DNA of 63,054 bases, the filler included, from Gemmatimonadota bacterium (lineage in GTDB: Bacteria; 4572-55; J002): NCBI GenBank assembly GCA_003697105.1. It is 4 parts of 4 records of this genome, joined end to end, with 100 filler letters (N's around TTAATTAATTAA, not from the genome) between each part and the next. Parts side by side here need not be neighbours in the genome. Positions count along the whole stretch, not along the records: positions 13,599 to 32,061 come from RFFQ01000024.1; positions 32,162 to 51,613 come from RFFQ01000026.1; 2 more parts are not named here. One strand, 5' to 3'. A program made the translations under genes and the position numbers. Below, piece after piece: positions 28,198 through 37,309 of the stretch (the first letter of the stretch is position 1; every line of letters begins with the position of its first letter). The notes beneath the pieces were generated by a model. That model was not told the origin of the DNA. It worked only from the letters and a program-made list of their open reading frames with translations, and did not search any database.

Positions 28198-28883
28198 TGA
28201 GCTACCGCCACCTTTTTTCGATCTACCTCATTTTAGCGGTGATACTTCTTACCGGATGTCGCCCCCTGACCACCGTTCCGTTTTTTGAGAAACAGTACGC
28301 TCCGCAGGTGAAATCCGTTGCTGTAGAAGTGGTTTCGGCTTCGCACCAGCTCACCCCCACCGAAGCAGACCGTTTAACCCACCATATTGTGGACCGATTG
28401 AATCATTCCGAACGCATACCGGTGCAGTTTGTCGCGCTACCGGACTCCCTTTCCGCTTACCAGACTCCAAATCCATTTCAAGGGGATTCGCTAGCAAGGT
28501 TTCAGCGCATAAAAGCGGTGCTTGATGTGGAGGGTGTGATGACGGTTGACCTGTTACGGTTAAAAACCACGAACGCTTTCGGATTAATAAAAGCCTATGG
28601 CATGAATGGTTGCCTCAATTTGATCGCCTTACCTTTCACCGTCCTATGTGGGGAAGGTGCTTTGCGCACCCGTTTCAATCCAGATGCCCAATCGCGCCTG
28701 ATTGCGGAAGTCAAACTGCATGACACTATCACCGGAAACCTGCTTTATCACCACTTCCGTGACCACCGCGAGCATTACCGTACCTTTGCCACCATTCCTG
28801 CAAAGACGGCACAACGCCAAGACCAATTTCAGACGCTGATCGACTGGTTAGAAGACCAGTTTCCTATTTTTGTGGATGATTAA
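28197..28883 (+). CDS. Hypothetical lipoprotein
   Basis: Lipobox LTGC; start overlaps the MCP stop codon (TGATG). Confidence 0.7.
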   Translation: MSYRHLFSIYLILAVILLTGCRPLTTVPFFEKQYAPQVKSVAVEVVSASHQLTPTEADRLTHHIVDRLNHSERIPVQFVALPDSLSAYQTPNPFQGDSLARFQRIKAVLDVEGVMTVDLLRLKTTNAFGLIKAYGMNGCLNLIALPFTVLCGEGALRTRFNPDAQSRLIAEVKLHDTITGNLLYHHFRDHREHYRTFATIPAKTAQRQDQFQTLIDWLEDQFPIFVDD

Positions 28884-28886
28884 CCT

Positions 28887-29942
28887 ATGCGCTACCAACA
28901 CGTTTGTATTGAAACCCTTGCCTACGAACTCCCGCCGAACATTATGACCTCTGCCGAGATCGAACGCCGGCTTGCGCCACTTTACGAGCGATTGCGCCTG
29001 CCGGAAGGCAGATTGGAACTAATGAGTGGCGTGCGAGAGCGACGCTTGTGGAACCCCGGTACATTGCCTAGTGCCGGTAGTATTGCTGCCGGACGTAAGG
29101 CTCTGGAAAAATTAGCGATTCCACGTGATAACGTGCAGTGCTTGATCCACGCCTCAGTCTGCCGGGATTTTTTAGAGCCTGCGACCGCAACCGTTGTTCA
29201 TTCCCAACTCGATCTGCCGCAAGCATCGATGATTTTTGATGTTTCCAATGCCTGTTTAGGCGTGATCAATGGGATGTTACTCATTGCCAACATGATTGAA
29301 CTCGGTCAAATCCCTGCCGGAATGGTGGTTGCCGGTGAAACCGCCGAACCCTTGGTAGAAGGCACCCTCCGCGAATTGCTGGAAAATCCGCAACACACCC
29401 GAAAAACCATCAAAGATTCATTTGCATCCCTAACTATCGGTTCTGGGGCGGTGGCAGTGGTGCTTACCCATGAATCGATCAGCAAAACGGGACACCGGTT
29501 GCTCGGTGGTGTGGCGCGAGGTGCTACCCAACACAACGACTTGTGCCGGGGCGGTACTGCCCAGCAAGATACTGGCATGGTGGGTGTCCGCCAACTGACG
29601 ATGCAAACGGATTCCGAAGAATTGCTACAACGCGGTGTTGAACTGGCGGCGGAAACGTGGCACGTGCTCAAATCAGAGCTGGGATGGACCAACGACACCC
29701 CTCACCGGTTCTTCTGCCATCAGGTGGGCATTGCTCACCGGCGCTTGTTGTATGAAAAACTGGAACTTGATATGAACAAAGATTTTGCAACGTTGGAATT
29801 TCTAGGTAATGTCGGGACGGTTTCCATGCCTATCACTTTGGCAATGGGCATCGAACGGGGATTGCTCCAAACGGGTCAGTTGGCAGGACTACTGGGGATC
29901 GGCAGTGGTATCAACAGTGTAATGATGGGAATTAAATGGTAA
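28887..29942 (+). CDS. oleA: OleA-type thiolase/KAS III-fold acyl-CoA condensing enzyme
   Basis: VCRDFLEPATA (catalytic Glu motif), NACLG (Cys), CHQVG (His), GNVG (Asn), FASLTIGSGA, GIGSGIN. Confidence 0.85.
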   Translation: MRYQHVCIETLAYELPPNIMTSAEIERRLAPLYERLRLPEGRLELMSGVRERRLWNPGTLPSAGSIAAGRKALEKLAIPRDNVQCLIHASVCRDFLEPATATVVHSQLDLPQASMIFDVSNACLGVINGMLLIANMIELGQIPAGMVVAGETAEPLVEGTLRELLENPQHTRKTIKDSFASLTIGSGAVAVVLTHESISKTGHRLLGGVARGATQHNDLCRGGTAQQDTGMVGVRQLTMQTDSEELLQRGVELAAETWHVLKSELGWTNDTPHRFFCHQVGIAHRRLLYEKLELDMNKDFATLEFLGNVGTVSMPITLAMGIERGLLQTGQLAGLLGIGSGINSVMMGIKW

Positions 29943-29960
29943 TGAAAGAGGCGGATACAC

Positions 29961-30842
29961 ATGATTAATCCAGAACTCCGAAAGTTATATCCGTTTGAGT
30001 CACATGTTTTGCGGATAGGGGGTTATCGTTACCATTATTTGGACGAGGGGCGTGGTGAAGAAGCGCTGGTGATGCTCCATGGCAATCCGACATGGTCATT
30101 TTATTATCGCCATTTAGTGCTGGCATTTCGGGATCGCTACCGCGTGATTGTACCGGATCACATGGGTTGTGGGCTTTCGGACAAACCCCAATCCTACCGC
30201 TACCAACTGGATCAACATATTTCCAATCTGGAACGCCTATTGGAAACCCTTCAGGTGACACAGTTGACTTTGGTCATGCATGATTGGGGAGGGGCGATTG
30301 GAATGGGCTATGCGGTGCGCCACCCAGAGCGGATCAAGCGGTTGGTGGTGTTTAATACGGCGGCATTCCGCTCCTCCAAAATTCCACTGCGGATTAACCT
30401 TTGCCGGATTCCGGTCGTTGGCGATATTGCCGTGCGCCTGTTCAACGGTTTTGCCGGCGGTGCCATCTATATGGCAACCACCAAACGGATGGCGCCCGGA
30501 GTTAAAGCGGGGTATCTTCTACCCTATAACAGCTACCGTAACCGGATCGCCACATTGCGCTTTGTGCAGGACATCCCGCTGGAAGCCCGTCACCCAAGTT
30601 ATTCTACCTTGGTGGAAATTGAGCAGGGACTCCATCAATTTAAAAACCATCCGATGTTGATCATCTGGGGTAACAAAGATTGGTGCTTCACACGAGACCA
30701 TTTTTTGTTGCGATGGAAGGCGCGGTTTCCGCAAGCGGAAATCCACGAATTTGAAGACGCCGGACATTATGTGGTGGAGGATGCCCACGAGCGGATCATC
30801 CCCCTGATGGAACTGTTTCTCCAAAAAGACAATATCGGTTAA
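29961..30842 (+). CDS. oleB: OleB-type alpha/beta hydrolase (beta-lactone decarboxylase; haloalkane dehalogenase-like)
   Basis: YPFES, LHGNPTWSFYYR, HDWGGAIG, IPLRI, FVQDIP, GHYVVED; directly after oleA. Confidence 0.8.
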   Translation: MINPELRKLYPFESHVLRIGGYRYHYLDEGRGEEALVMLHGNPTWSFYYRHLVLAFRDRYRVIVPDHMGCGLSDKPQSYRYQLDQHISNLERLLETLQVTQLTLVMHDWGGAIGMGYAVRHPERIKRLVVFNTAAFRSSKIPLRINLCRIPVVGDIAVRLFNGFAGGAIYMATTKRMAPGVKAGYLLPYNSYRNRIATLRFVQDIPLEARHPSYSTLVEIEQGLHQFKNHPMLIIWGNKDWCFTRDHFLLRWKARFPQAEIHEFEDAGHYVVEDAHERIIPLMELFLQKDNIG

Positions 30843-31162
30843 GCATGGTCCTCTGCGGTTTCCGGGGGCAATGTCGCATTAGGGCGGGATTTGGTAAGTT
30901 CGTATAACTCGGCGCGGAGTTCCTGATTCGATTTTTCCAGCTTTTTGACCTTTCGTTGTAACTTAATATCGGCATAGGCATTCCAAAAATACATGATGGC
31001 CACCCCGAGAAAAAAGGCGCTCGCCAGCGCCAACCCAACCGGTAAGGTCAATTTCGTCCAAAAAAAGTTGATGGTCACCTGCTCCCCAATGTTCAGGACG
31101 ATAAACGCAGTGAGTACAAAGACCACCAGCAAAATAATCAGGAGCAATAAACGCCACAGCAT
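30839..31162 (-). CDS. LapA/DUF1049 family membrane protein
   Basis: TM helix, N...VTINFF..LP, second TM helix, coiled-coil tail. Confidence 0.75.
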   Translation of the reverse strand: MLWRLLLLIILLVVFVLTAFIVLNIGEQVTINFFWTKLTLPVGLALASAFFLGVAIMYFWNAYADIKLQRKVKKLEKSNQELRAELYELTKSRPNATLPPETAEDHA

Positions 31163-31372
31163 AATACCTCTCCTTCTTTAAAATTAAGTAACGGCTCAAG
31201 ACCCATAGCTCGACCCGCTTATTTGTCCGATAATATGTTGGAATTATTAGGGAATGTCAATCATTTTATATATCCCAGAATTGACAACAAGAGAACCCGC
31301 AGATTATATTTAAGAGGAATCTCAGCCGGTATTGGGGATGGGCAATGGTGTACGATACGCCGAGGATTCGCG

Positions 31373-32017
31373 ATGAAGAAAAAAATTCTAGTAATTGATG
31401 ACGAGTATGATATCCGGCTCCAACTGGTCAAATTTTTGGAGTTGAATGGTTTTGCAAGTCTCACTGCCGAGAGCGGGGCACAAGGGATTGAAATGGCCCG
31501 GAAGGAACTGCCAGATGTGATCGTGTGTGATATTTTAATGCCTGAAATATCGGGTTATGAGGTCTGTAATACGTTGCGTAACCACCCCGATACGGCGATG
31601 ATACCCTTCATCTTTTTAACCGCCATTGATTCCCGCGAGGATACCCGGAAAGGGATGAATTTAGGTGCCGATGACTATATCACCAAGCCTTTTGATTTCA
31701 AAGACTTACTGCAATCTATTCACATCCGGTTGGAAAAACGGGCACAGTTGGAACAGCACTACCGGGATAAACTGAAAGCGTTACAAGATATATTTGGATA
31801 TGCCATGCCCCCACAACTTCGCTCGTCGCTTTCCACCATTATCGCGTTTTCAGAGAAAATCACCAATTTTAATTTGCTTACCGCTACCGCAGAGCCGCTC
31901 GATTTTCAGAGAGTGGGCAAGGTGATTAATCGTACCGCTTGGGATTTGCTTAAGCTGATTGATAACTACCAATACTACGCCTTTTTAGAATGGTTGCGCT
32001 TAATCCCGAAAAAATAG
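31373..32017 (+). CDS. Response regulator (REC) with degenerate HisKA-like C-terminus
   Basis: MKKKILVIDDE, PDVIVCDILMP, FLTA, GADDYITKPF; TTGACA..TATATT at 31281-31310 supports the 31373 start. Confidence 0.88.
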   Translation: MKKKILVIDDEYDIRLQLVKFLELNGFASLTAESGAQGIEMARKELPDVIVCDILMPEISGYEVCNTLRNHPDTAMIPFIFLTAIDSREDTRKGMNLGADDYITKPFDFKDLLQSIHIRLEKRAQLEQHYRDKLKALQDIFGYAMPPQLRSSLSTIIAFSEKITNFNLLTATAEPLDFQRVGKVINRTAWDLLKLIDNYQYYAFLEWLRLIPKK

Positions 32018-32061
32018 CGAACTTGCGGCAACATGCGACATCTCAGCCGGACAAAATTATT

Positions 32062-32161
32062 NNNNNNNNNNNNNNNNNNNNNNNNNNNNNNNNNNNNNNN
32101 NNNNNTTAATTAATTAANNNNNNNNNNNNNNNNNNNNNNNNNNNNNNNNNNNNNNNNNNNN
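32062..32161. other. Assembly gap
   Basis: N run with linker. Confidence 0.99.
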
Positions 32162-32200
32162 GAGTTGGGGAGTTCGGGAGTTTGATGAGTTGGGGAGTTG
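32162..32200. repeat. Short degenerate tandem repeat (GAGTTGGG-type 8-9-mers) abutting the gap
   Basis: GAGTTGGG GAGTTCGG GAGTTTGAT GAGTTGGG GAGTTG; reverse complement of the repeat family at 39017. Confidence 0.8.
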
Positions 32201-32256
32201 GTTTGAACCTTAAACTTGCGCATTGAACTTTATTTTAGGAGAAAAGGAACAGCATT

Positions 32257-33615
32257 ATGGAAAAAGCGATTAGTCTGGTTGGGATTTTAATCCAAATCGG
32301 GATTTGCTATGCCATTTCAACCAACCGGAAAAAAGTGAATTGGAAGCTCGTTGCTGTCGGCATCGGGCTTCAGTTTATTTTTGCTCTGTTAATTTTAAAG
32401 ACCGTCCCCGGGCGGATGTTCTTTGATGCCATGAATAATGTTTTTGTGACCTTATTGGGCTTCACACAGGAAGGAGCCCAATTTGTCTTTGGTAATTTGG
32501 CACAGATCAACATTCCCGTAGGGACACCACAGCCGGGACCGCCTCCCGGTTTTGCCGATTTAGATTTTAGTTCAACGGAATATTGGGCAAAATCTGGAGC
32601 CTATTTCGCCTTTGGGGTAATGCCGACCGTCATCTTTTTCGCGTCGTTTATGACGGTACTCTACCATCTGGGGATTATGCAACGGTTGGTGTATTACGTG
32701 GCCATTGTGATGGAACGGACGATGGGTACCAGCGGCGCGGAATCACTCTCGGCAGCAGCAAACATCTTTGTGGGACAGACGGAAGCGCCGTTAGTTGTCG
32801 CCCCCTATGTCAGTAAAATGACCCAATCCGAATTAATGGCGATTATGTCCGGTGGATTGGCAACCATCGCTGGGGGGGTGATGGCGGCGTATGTAGGGAT
32901 GCTCGCGGCGAAATTTCCCGATATTGCGGGACACTTGATGGCGGCATCGGTCATGTCTGCTCCGGCTTCGCTGGTTTTTGCCAAAATTTTAGTACCCGAA
33001 ACGGAAGAACCGGAAACCTCCGGTCAGGTCGATCTGCCGGTAGAAAAAGTCGATCAAAATGTGATTGATGCGGCAGCACGAGGCGCAAGTGAAGGCATGC
33101 GATTGGCGATTAATATTGTCGCGATGTTGATTGCCTTTTTAGCTCTTGTCGCGATGGGCAACCACATTTGGGGCTGGTTTGTCAATGCCATTGCCGGGCT
33201 AACCGGCATGAATCTTTCGGCGATTGACTCCTTGCAAGAAGTGATGGGCTTTATCTTTGCGCCATTGGCATGGGTAATGGGCGTTCCGGCAAGTGACCTG
33301 CTCGTAGCGGGTCAATTACTCGGCGAAAAAACGATTCTCAACGAATTTGTGGCGTATGCACATTTCGGAGATATTATCAATGGAAAAACCATTGTCGATG
33401 GTGTCACCATTGACCTCACGGAACGCACCCGCATTATCATGGCATACGCGCTCTGTGGCTTTGCAAATCTCGGTTCGATTGGAATTTTGCTCGGTGGGAT
33501 CGGGGGAATTGCCCCCAACCGGCGAGGTGATTTAGCAAAACTGGGCATCCGCGCCTTGATCGCCGGCACATTTGCCTCTTTTGTTACCGCAAATATTGCC
33601 GGTGTTTTGCTGTAA
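32257..33615 (+). CDS. Concentrative nucleoside transporter (NupC/CNT family)
   Basis: ANIFVGQTEAP, ATIAGGV, SVMSAPA, KTILNEFVAY, ALCGFANLGSIGI. Confidence 0.97.
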   Translation: MEKAISLVGILIQIGICYAISTNRKKVNWKLVAVGIGLQFIFALLILKTVPGRMFFDAMNNVFVTLLGFTQEGAQFVFGNLAQINIPVGTPQPGPPPGFADLDFSSTEYWAKSGAYFAFGVMPTVIFFASFMTVLYHLGIMQRLVYYVAIVMERTMGTSGAESLSAAANIFVGQTEAPLVVAPYVSKMTQSELMAIMSGGLATIAGGVMAAYVGMLAAKFPDIAGHLMAASVMSAPASLVFAKILVPETEEPETSGQVDLPVEKVDQNVIDAAARGASEGMRLAINIVAMLIAFLALVAMGNHIWGWFVNAIAGLTGMNLSAIDSLQEVMGFIFAPLAWVMGVPASDLLVAGQLLGEKTILNEFVAYAHFGDIINGKTIVDGVTIDLTERTRIIMAYALCGFANLGSIGILLGGIGGIAPNRRGDLAKLGIRALIAGTFASFVTANIAGVLL

Positions 33616-33665
33616 ATTCCGGGTTGGAGGGCACTTCAGTATAAATCTATAAATCGAAAAAAGTG

Positions 33666-33709
33666 TAAAACCCCCTTAGCGCTTTTTTAGGAACGCTAAG
33701 GGGGTTTTA
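33666..33709. terminator. Bidirectional terminator between the CNT gene and ftsI
   Basis: TAAAACCCCCTTAGCG...CGCTAAGGGGGTTTTA. Confidence 0.85.
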
Positions 33710-33717
33710 TCAACTTA

Positions 33718-35826
33718 TTACAAGGAGCCAATCAACAAGCACCCGCCACCGGTCAGTTGTTTTTGCTGGTGTACCAACCCGGAGCCTTTTACTTGCACCG
33801 GTATCTTTGCCTGATGGAGCCGGGAAAGCGCTAAACGAAGCGGCATCCGGCGCAGATCGGGCACGCGATCGACCTCAGCAGTCAGGGCAACGGTGGCGCC
33901 GGGTTCAACTCGCTTCTGGAGTGGTGTCTGATGGGTGACCCACAGCCCGTCCCCAGTGACCTGTGCCGTTAAGCCAAGCTGTTGCAAGTGTTGGGTTGCC
34001 TGTTGGATAGGGAGTCCACGCAAATCGGGGACGTTGATGGACTCTGGCACTTGGCTTGGTGCCGTTTCTGCCATTGGGGGTGGTTCTACCACGGGCACCG
34101 GGCAACTGGGGGTATGTAAAATTTTCGTCACAATGGTTTTGAATACCGGTGCCGCCACGTCTCCGCCGTAGTACAATCCTTTTGGTTCGTCTAAGATCAC
34201 GAGCACCACCAATTTCGGATCGTCTGCCGGCAAAAATCCGGCAAAGGAGGCGACATAAGCGTTGGGTTTGTAACCGCCCTGAATCGGATCACTTTTTTGA
34301 GCCGTACCGGTCTTTCCGGCGATGAGTATCCCCGGAATATGTGCTTTTTTGCCCGTCCCTCGTTCAACCACACCCACCAAAATATCCGAAAGGGTCCGTA
34401 CGGTCTCGAATGAGGCCACTTGCCGGATCACCTTCGGTTGTCGTTGGTAAACCACGTTCCCCTGATCATCCCGAATTTCTTTAATGATGTGCGGTTCCAT
34501 TAACAACCCGCCGTTTGCTAAGGCACAAAAGGCATTTGCCAATTGTAGCGGGGTCACAGAAAGCTCCTGCCCAATAGAAACGGATGCCAAACTAAACATA
34601 GACCACTCTCGTGGGGAGCGAACCAAGCCTTTGACTTCGCTGGGAAGTTCGATACCCGTCAACGCACCGAAACCATACGCCCGGCTATATTCATACAACC
34701 GGTCAGACTGCAATTGCTGGGCGATCTTAATCACACCAACATTACTCGATTTTTCGAGGATTTGGCGGAAGGAGAGCCACCCGTGGGGCTTTGTATCGCG
34801 AATTTTACGATCCGAGATGGTGATATACCCCATTTCGCAGAAAAGCGAATCTTCCGGCGTAAACAGCCCCTCTTCCAGAGCGGCGGTGGCGGCTACGATT
34901 TTATAGGTTGAGCCCGGTTCAATTTGATCCGTGACACAGCGGTTACGATGATATTCCAAAGGGGTATCGGTGGCGGCGTGGGGGTCAAAATCTGGATAAT
35001 TTGCCATGGCGAGAACATCACTTGTTCGCGGGTCCATGACCAACACCATCCCATGGTGGGCGTTAGTACGTTCAACGGCGGTGCGAAGCTCCGTCTCTAC
35101 AATGCTTTGAATCGTAGTATCTAGCGTTAAAATTAATGAACTTCCGTCTTGGGGTTGCTGGTAAAAGGGGTTATTGGTCAGAAAAAACCCTTTGCCATGA
35201 ACATCGCGCTGAAAAACCGCTTTACCGGCTTTGCCAGAGAGCAAGTCATTGTATTTGCTTTCTAAACCGCTCAATCCCTGATTATCAACGCCGGTAAATC
35301 CAACCACGTGGCTTGCCAATCGATGGAACGGGTAGCGCCGGGAGCGTTCCTCAAATTTATAAACTCCCGCCAGATGGAGTGAATCGATCCGAGCTTCCAC
35401 TGTTGGCGAAACTTTACGAGACAGCCAAACAAACTGGACGCCCGGTTTTGCCAACCGCGGGTATAGGTCTTGTGGATCGCGGTCACACCAGCGTTGAAAT
35501 GCCTGCAAGACGCCCGTGGTATCGGTAATCTCTTCAGGAACGGCGTAATAGGAGGTGGCAGGCATGTTCAGTGCCATAGGGTTCAACTTGCTATCATAGA
35601 TGGCACCCCGTTCGCTGGGTAATTCGAGGATAGTTTGGTGCTGGCTCATAGCGATCCGGCGATAATTCTCGCCATCAATCACTTGAATTTTCACCAGCCG
35701 GCTGACCAAAACCAACCAGAGACAGAATGCGGCCAAAAAGAGTACCCGTACCCGTATTTGAGCGGGCATAATAGCGGGGTCATGACGTTGGGACCGGCGG
35801 TGCGGGAAGGTAGCGCCGTTAGTCAT
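33718..35826 (-). CDS. ftsI: Class B penicillin-binding protein FtsI/PBP3 with C-terminal PASTA domains
   Basis: RGAIYD, RRYP, GLE, EPGSTYK (SxxK), SSN, GKTGTA; VPDLRG and VPDLRR PASTA starts; follows ftsL. Confidence 0.93.
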   Translation of the reverse strand: MTNGATFPHRRSQRHDPAIMPAQIRVRVLFLAAFCLWLVLVSRLVKIQVIDGENYRRIAMSQHQTILELPSERGAIYDSKLNPMALNMPATSYYAVPEEITDTTGVLQAFQRWCDRDPQDLYPRLAKPGVQFVWLSRKVSPTVEARIDSLHLAGVYKFEERSRRYPFHRLASHVVGFTGVDNQGLSGLESKYNDLLSGKAGKAVFQRDVHGKGFFLTNNPFYQQPQDGSSLILTLDTTIQSIVETELRTAVERTNAHHGMVLVMDPRTSDVLAMANYPDFDPHAATDTPLEYHRNRCVTDQIEPGSTYKIVAATAALEEGLFTPEDSLFCEMGYITISDRKIRDTKPHGWLSFRQILEKSSNVGVIKIAQQLQSDRLYEYSRAYGFGALTGIELPSEVKGLVRSPREWSMFSLASVSIGQELSVTPLQLANAFCALANGGLLMEPHIIKEIRDDQGNVVYQRQPKVIRQVASFETVRTLSDILVGVVERGTGKKAHIPGILIAGKTGTAQKSDPIQGGYKPNAYVASFAGFLPADDPKLVVLVILDEPKGLYYGGDVAAPVFKTIVTKILHTPSCPVPVVEPPPMAETAPSQVPESINVPDLRGLPIQQATQHLQQLGLTAQVTGDGLWVTHQTPLQKRVEPGATVALTAEVDRVPDLRRMPLRLALSRLHQAKIPVQVKGSGLVHQQKQLTGGGCLLIGSL

Positions 35827-36235
35827 GGGACGCGGGCGGTGTGTTCGCATGATCCGGGTCAACCTCTAACACAATCAGTTCCGTAGTTAAGTCAGAATAC
35901 CGCATACCCAGTTTTTGGGTGGCAATCTGTTCGATTCGTTCCGGTGAGGAAAGCCGGATATACTCCATTTGCAACTCTTGATGTTCAATTTGGAGTTGCG
36001 CTTCCACCTGTTGCAGTCCCTGAATTTCGGTAATTAAGTCTTTCACGTAAACTCGCTGCCAGATGTATAATAACACCAGCGAGACACAAACTCCGGTGAG
36101 GGCCAACAGCAAAACAAATTGACCTAAAAACGAGGAACTCCGTTTTTTAGAACGGTTGGATTGCGTTTTTGTACGGGATACCCGTTCAGGAACAACAACT
36201 AAAGCAGTTGATTGGCTCGTGCGGTACGAGGGCAT
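35819..36235 (-). CDS. ftsL: Cell division protein FtsL
   Basis: Single TM helix, coiled coil, LSSPERIEQIATQKLGM; between rsmH and ftsI. Confidence 0.88.
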   Translation of the reverse strand: MPSYRTSQSTALVVVPERVSRTKTQSNRSKKRSSSFLGQFVLLLALTGVCVSLVLLYIWQRVYVKDLITEIQGLQQVEAQLQIEHQELQMEYIRLSSPERIEQIATQKLGMRYSDLTTELIVLEVDPDHANTPPASHD

Positions 36236-36272
36236 CGGTTTCTCGCTTTCGGATGGAAATATGGTATAACCT

Positions 36273-37214
36273 CTAACTTCCAATATCTCGCTTTTCCGCC
36301 ACACGCAACCGGGCACTTCGGGCGCGAGAATTGTGCTCAATTTCAGTTGCAGAGGGGTAAATCGGTTTTTTGGTTAAGCGACGGAGTGTGGGTTTACGCC
36401 CACAAACACAGTGTGGAATTTTGGGCGGGCAGATGCACCCTTTTTCTTCGTCCCGAAAGATATTTTTCACAATTCGATCTTCTAATGAGTGATAACTGAT
36501 AACCACCAGCCGTCCGGAAGCGCGCAAACACTCTATCGCTACGTGAAGTGCTTGGGTTAATTGATTTAGTTCATCATTGACGGCGATCCGTAGTGCTTGA
36601 AAAATACGTGCCAGAGACTTTGAGGTATACGGATTATCGCCGACCACATGCCGCACAATCTGGGCTAATTCGGCAGTTGTTTTGAGCGGCGCTTTTGTAC
36701 GAGCCTGCACAATTTGGCGGGCAATACGCCGGGAATGTCGTTCTTCCCCAAACTGGTAAAAGATTGTAGCAAGCTCTTGCTCACTCCGGTGGTTGAGCAG
36801 GTCGGCGGCAGTTTCAGCGGTTCGCGTATCCATCCGCATATCAAGGGGTCCCGCTCCCCGAAAACTAAAACCACGTGTTGGGGTATCTAATTGGTAAGAT
36901 GACACTCCCAAATCCAATAAAATGCCCGCCAGACTGTTGGGCGCAATGACCTGTTTCATTTGGGCAAATTCCAGTTGGTGGATGTGCACCTTCGCCCCTA
37001 GCTCCAAACGTGCCAGATGGGCTTGTGCCGCTTGAATTGCCGTTGCATCACGGTCTAACCCGATCACGCTCCCTCGTGAGGTCAATTTTTGAGCAATCGC
37101 GGCGGTGTGCCCGCCTCCACCGAGCGTACCGTCACAGTAGATACCGTCTGGATCGGTTACGAGCCACTCTACCACTTCCGTGCATAACACCGGAATATGC
37201 TGGTAAGAAATCAC
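36273..37214 (-). CDS. rsmH: 16S rRNA m4C1402 methyltransferase RsmH (MraW)
   Basis: HIPVL, DGTLGGGGH, DLGVSS, PLDMRM, FQALRIAVN, SYHSLEDRIVK, RARSARLR. Confidence 0.99.
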   Translation of the reverse strand: MISYQHIPVLCTEVVEWLVTDPDGIYCDGTLGGGGHTAAIAQKLTSRGSVIGLDRDATAIQAAQAHLARLELGAKVHIHQLEFAQMKQVIAPNSLAGILLDLGVSSYQLDTPTRGFSFRGAGPLDMRMDTRTAETAADLLNHRSEQELATIFYQFGEERHSRRIARQIVQARTKAPLKTTAELAQIVRHVVGDNPYTSKSLARIFQALRIAVNDELNQLTQALHVAIECLRASGRLVVISYHSLEDRIVKNIFRDEEKGCICPPKIPHCVCGRKPTLRRLTKKPIYPSATEIEHNSRARSARLRVAEKRDIGS

Positions 37215-37309
37215 TTTAAGGAATATCCCTTAACTATTTTGATTTGAATACGTTAATTGTACAAGAAGTGCGGAAATTTGTCAAGCGGAAAGATAGGGCG
37301 ACCGGCGCG

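Noticed and set aside
29961-30842. True haloalkane dehalogenase
   Set aside because: Position next to oleA and the IPLRI/FVQDIP pattern favour OleB, although activity is untested.
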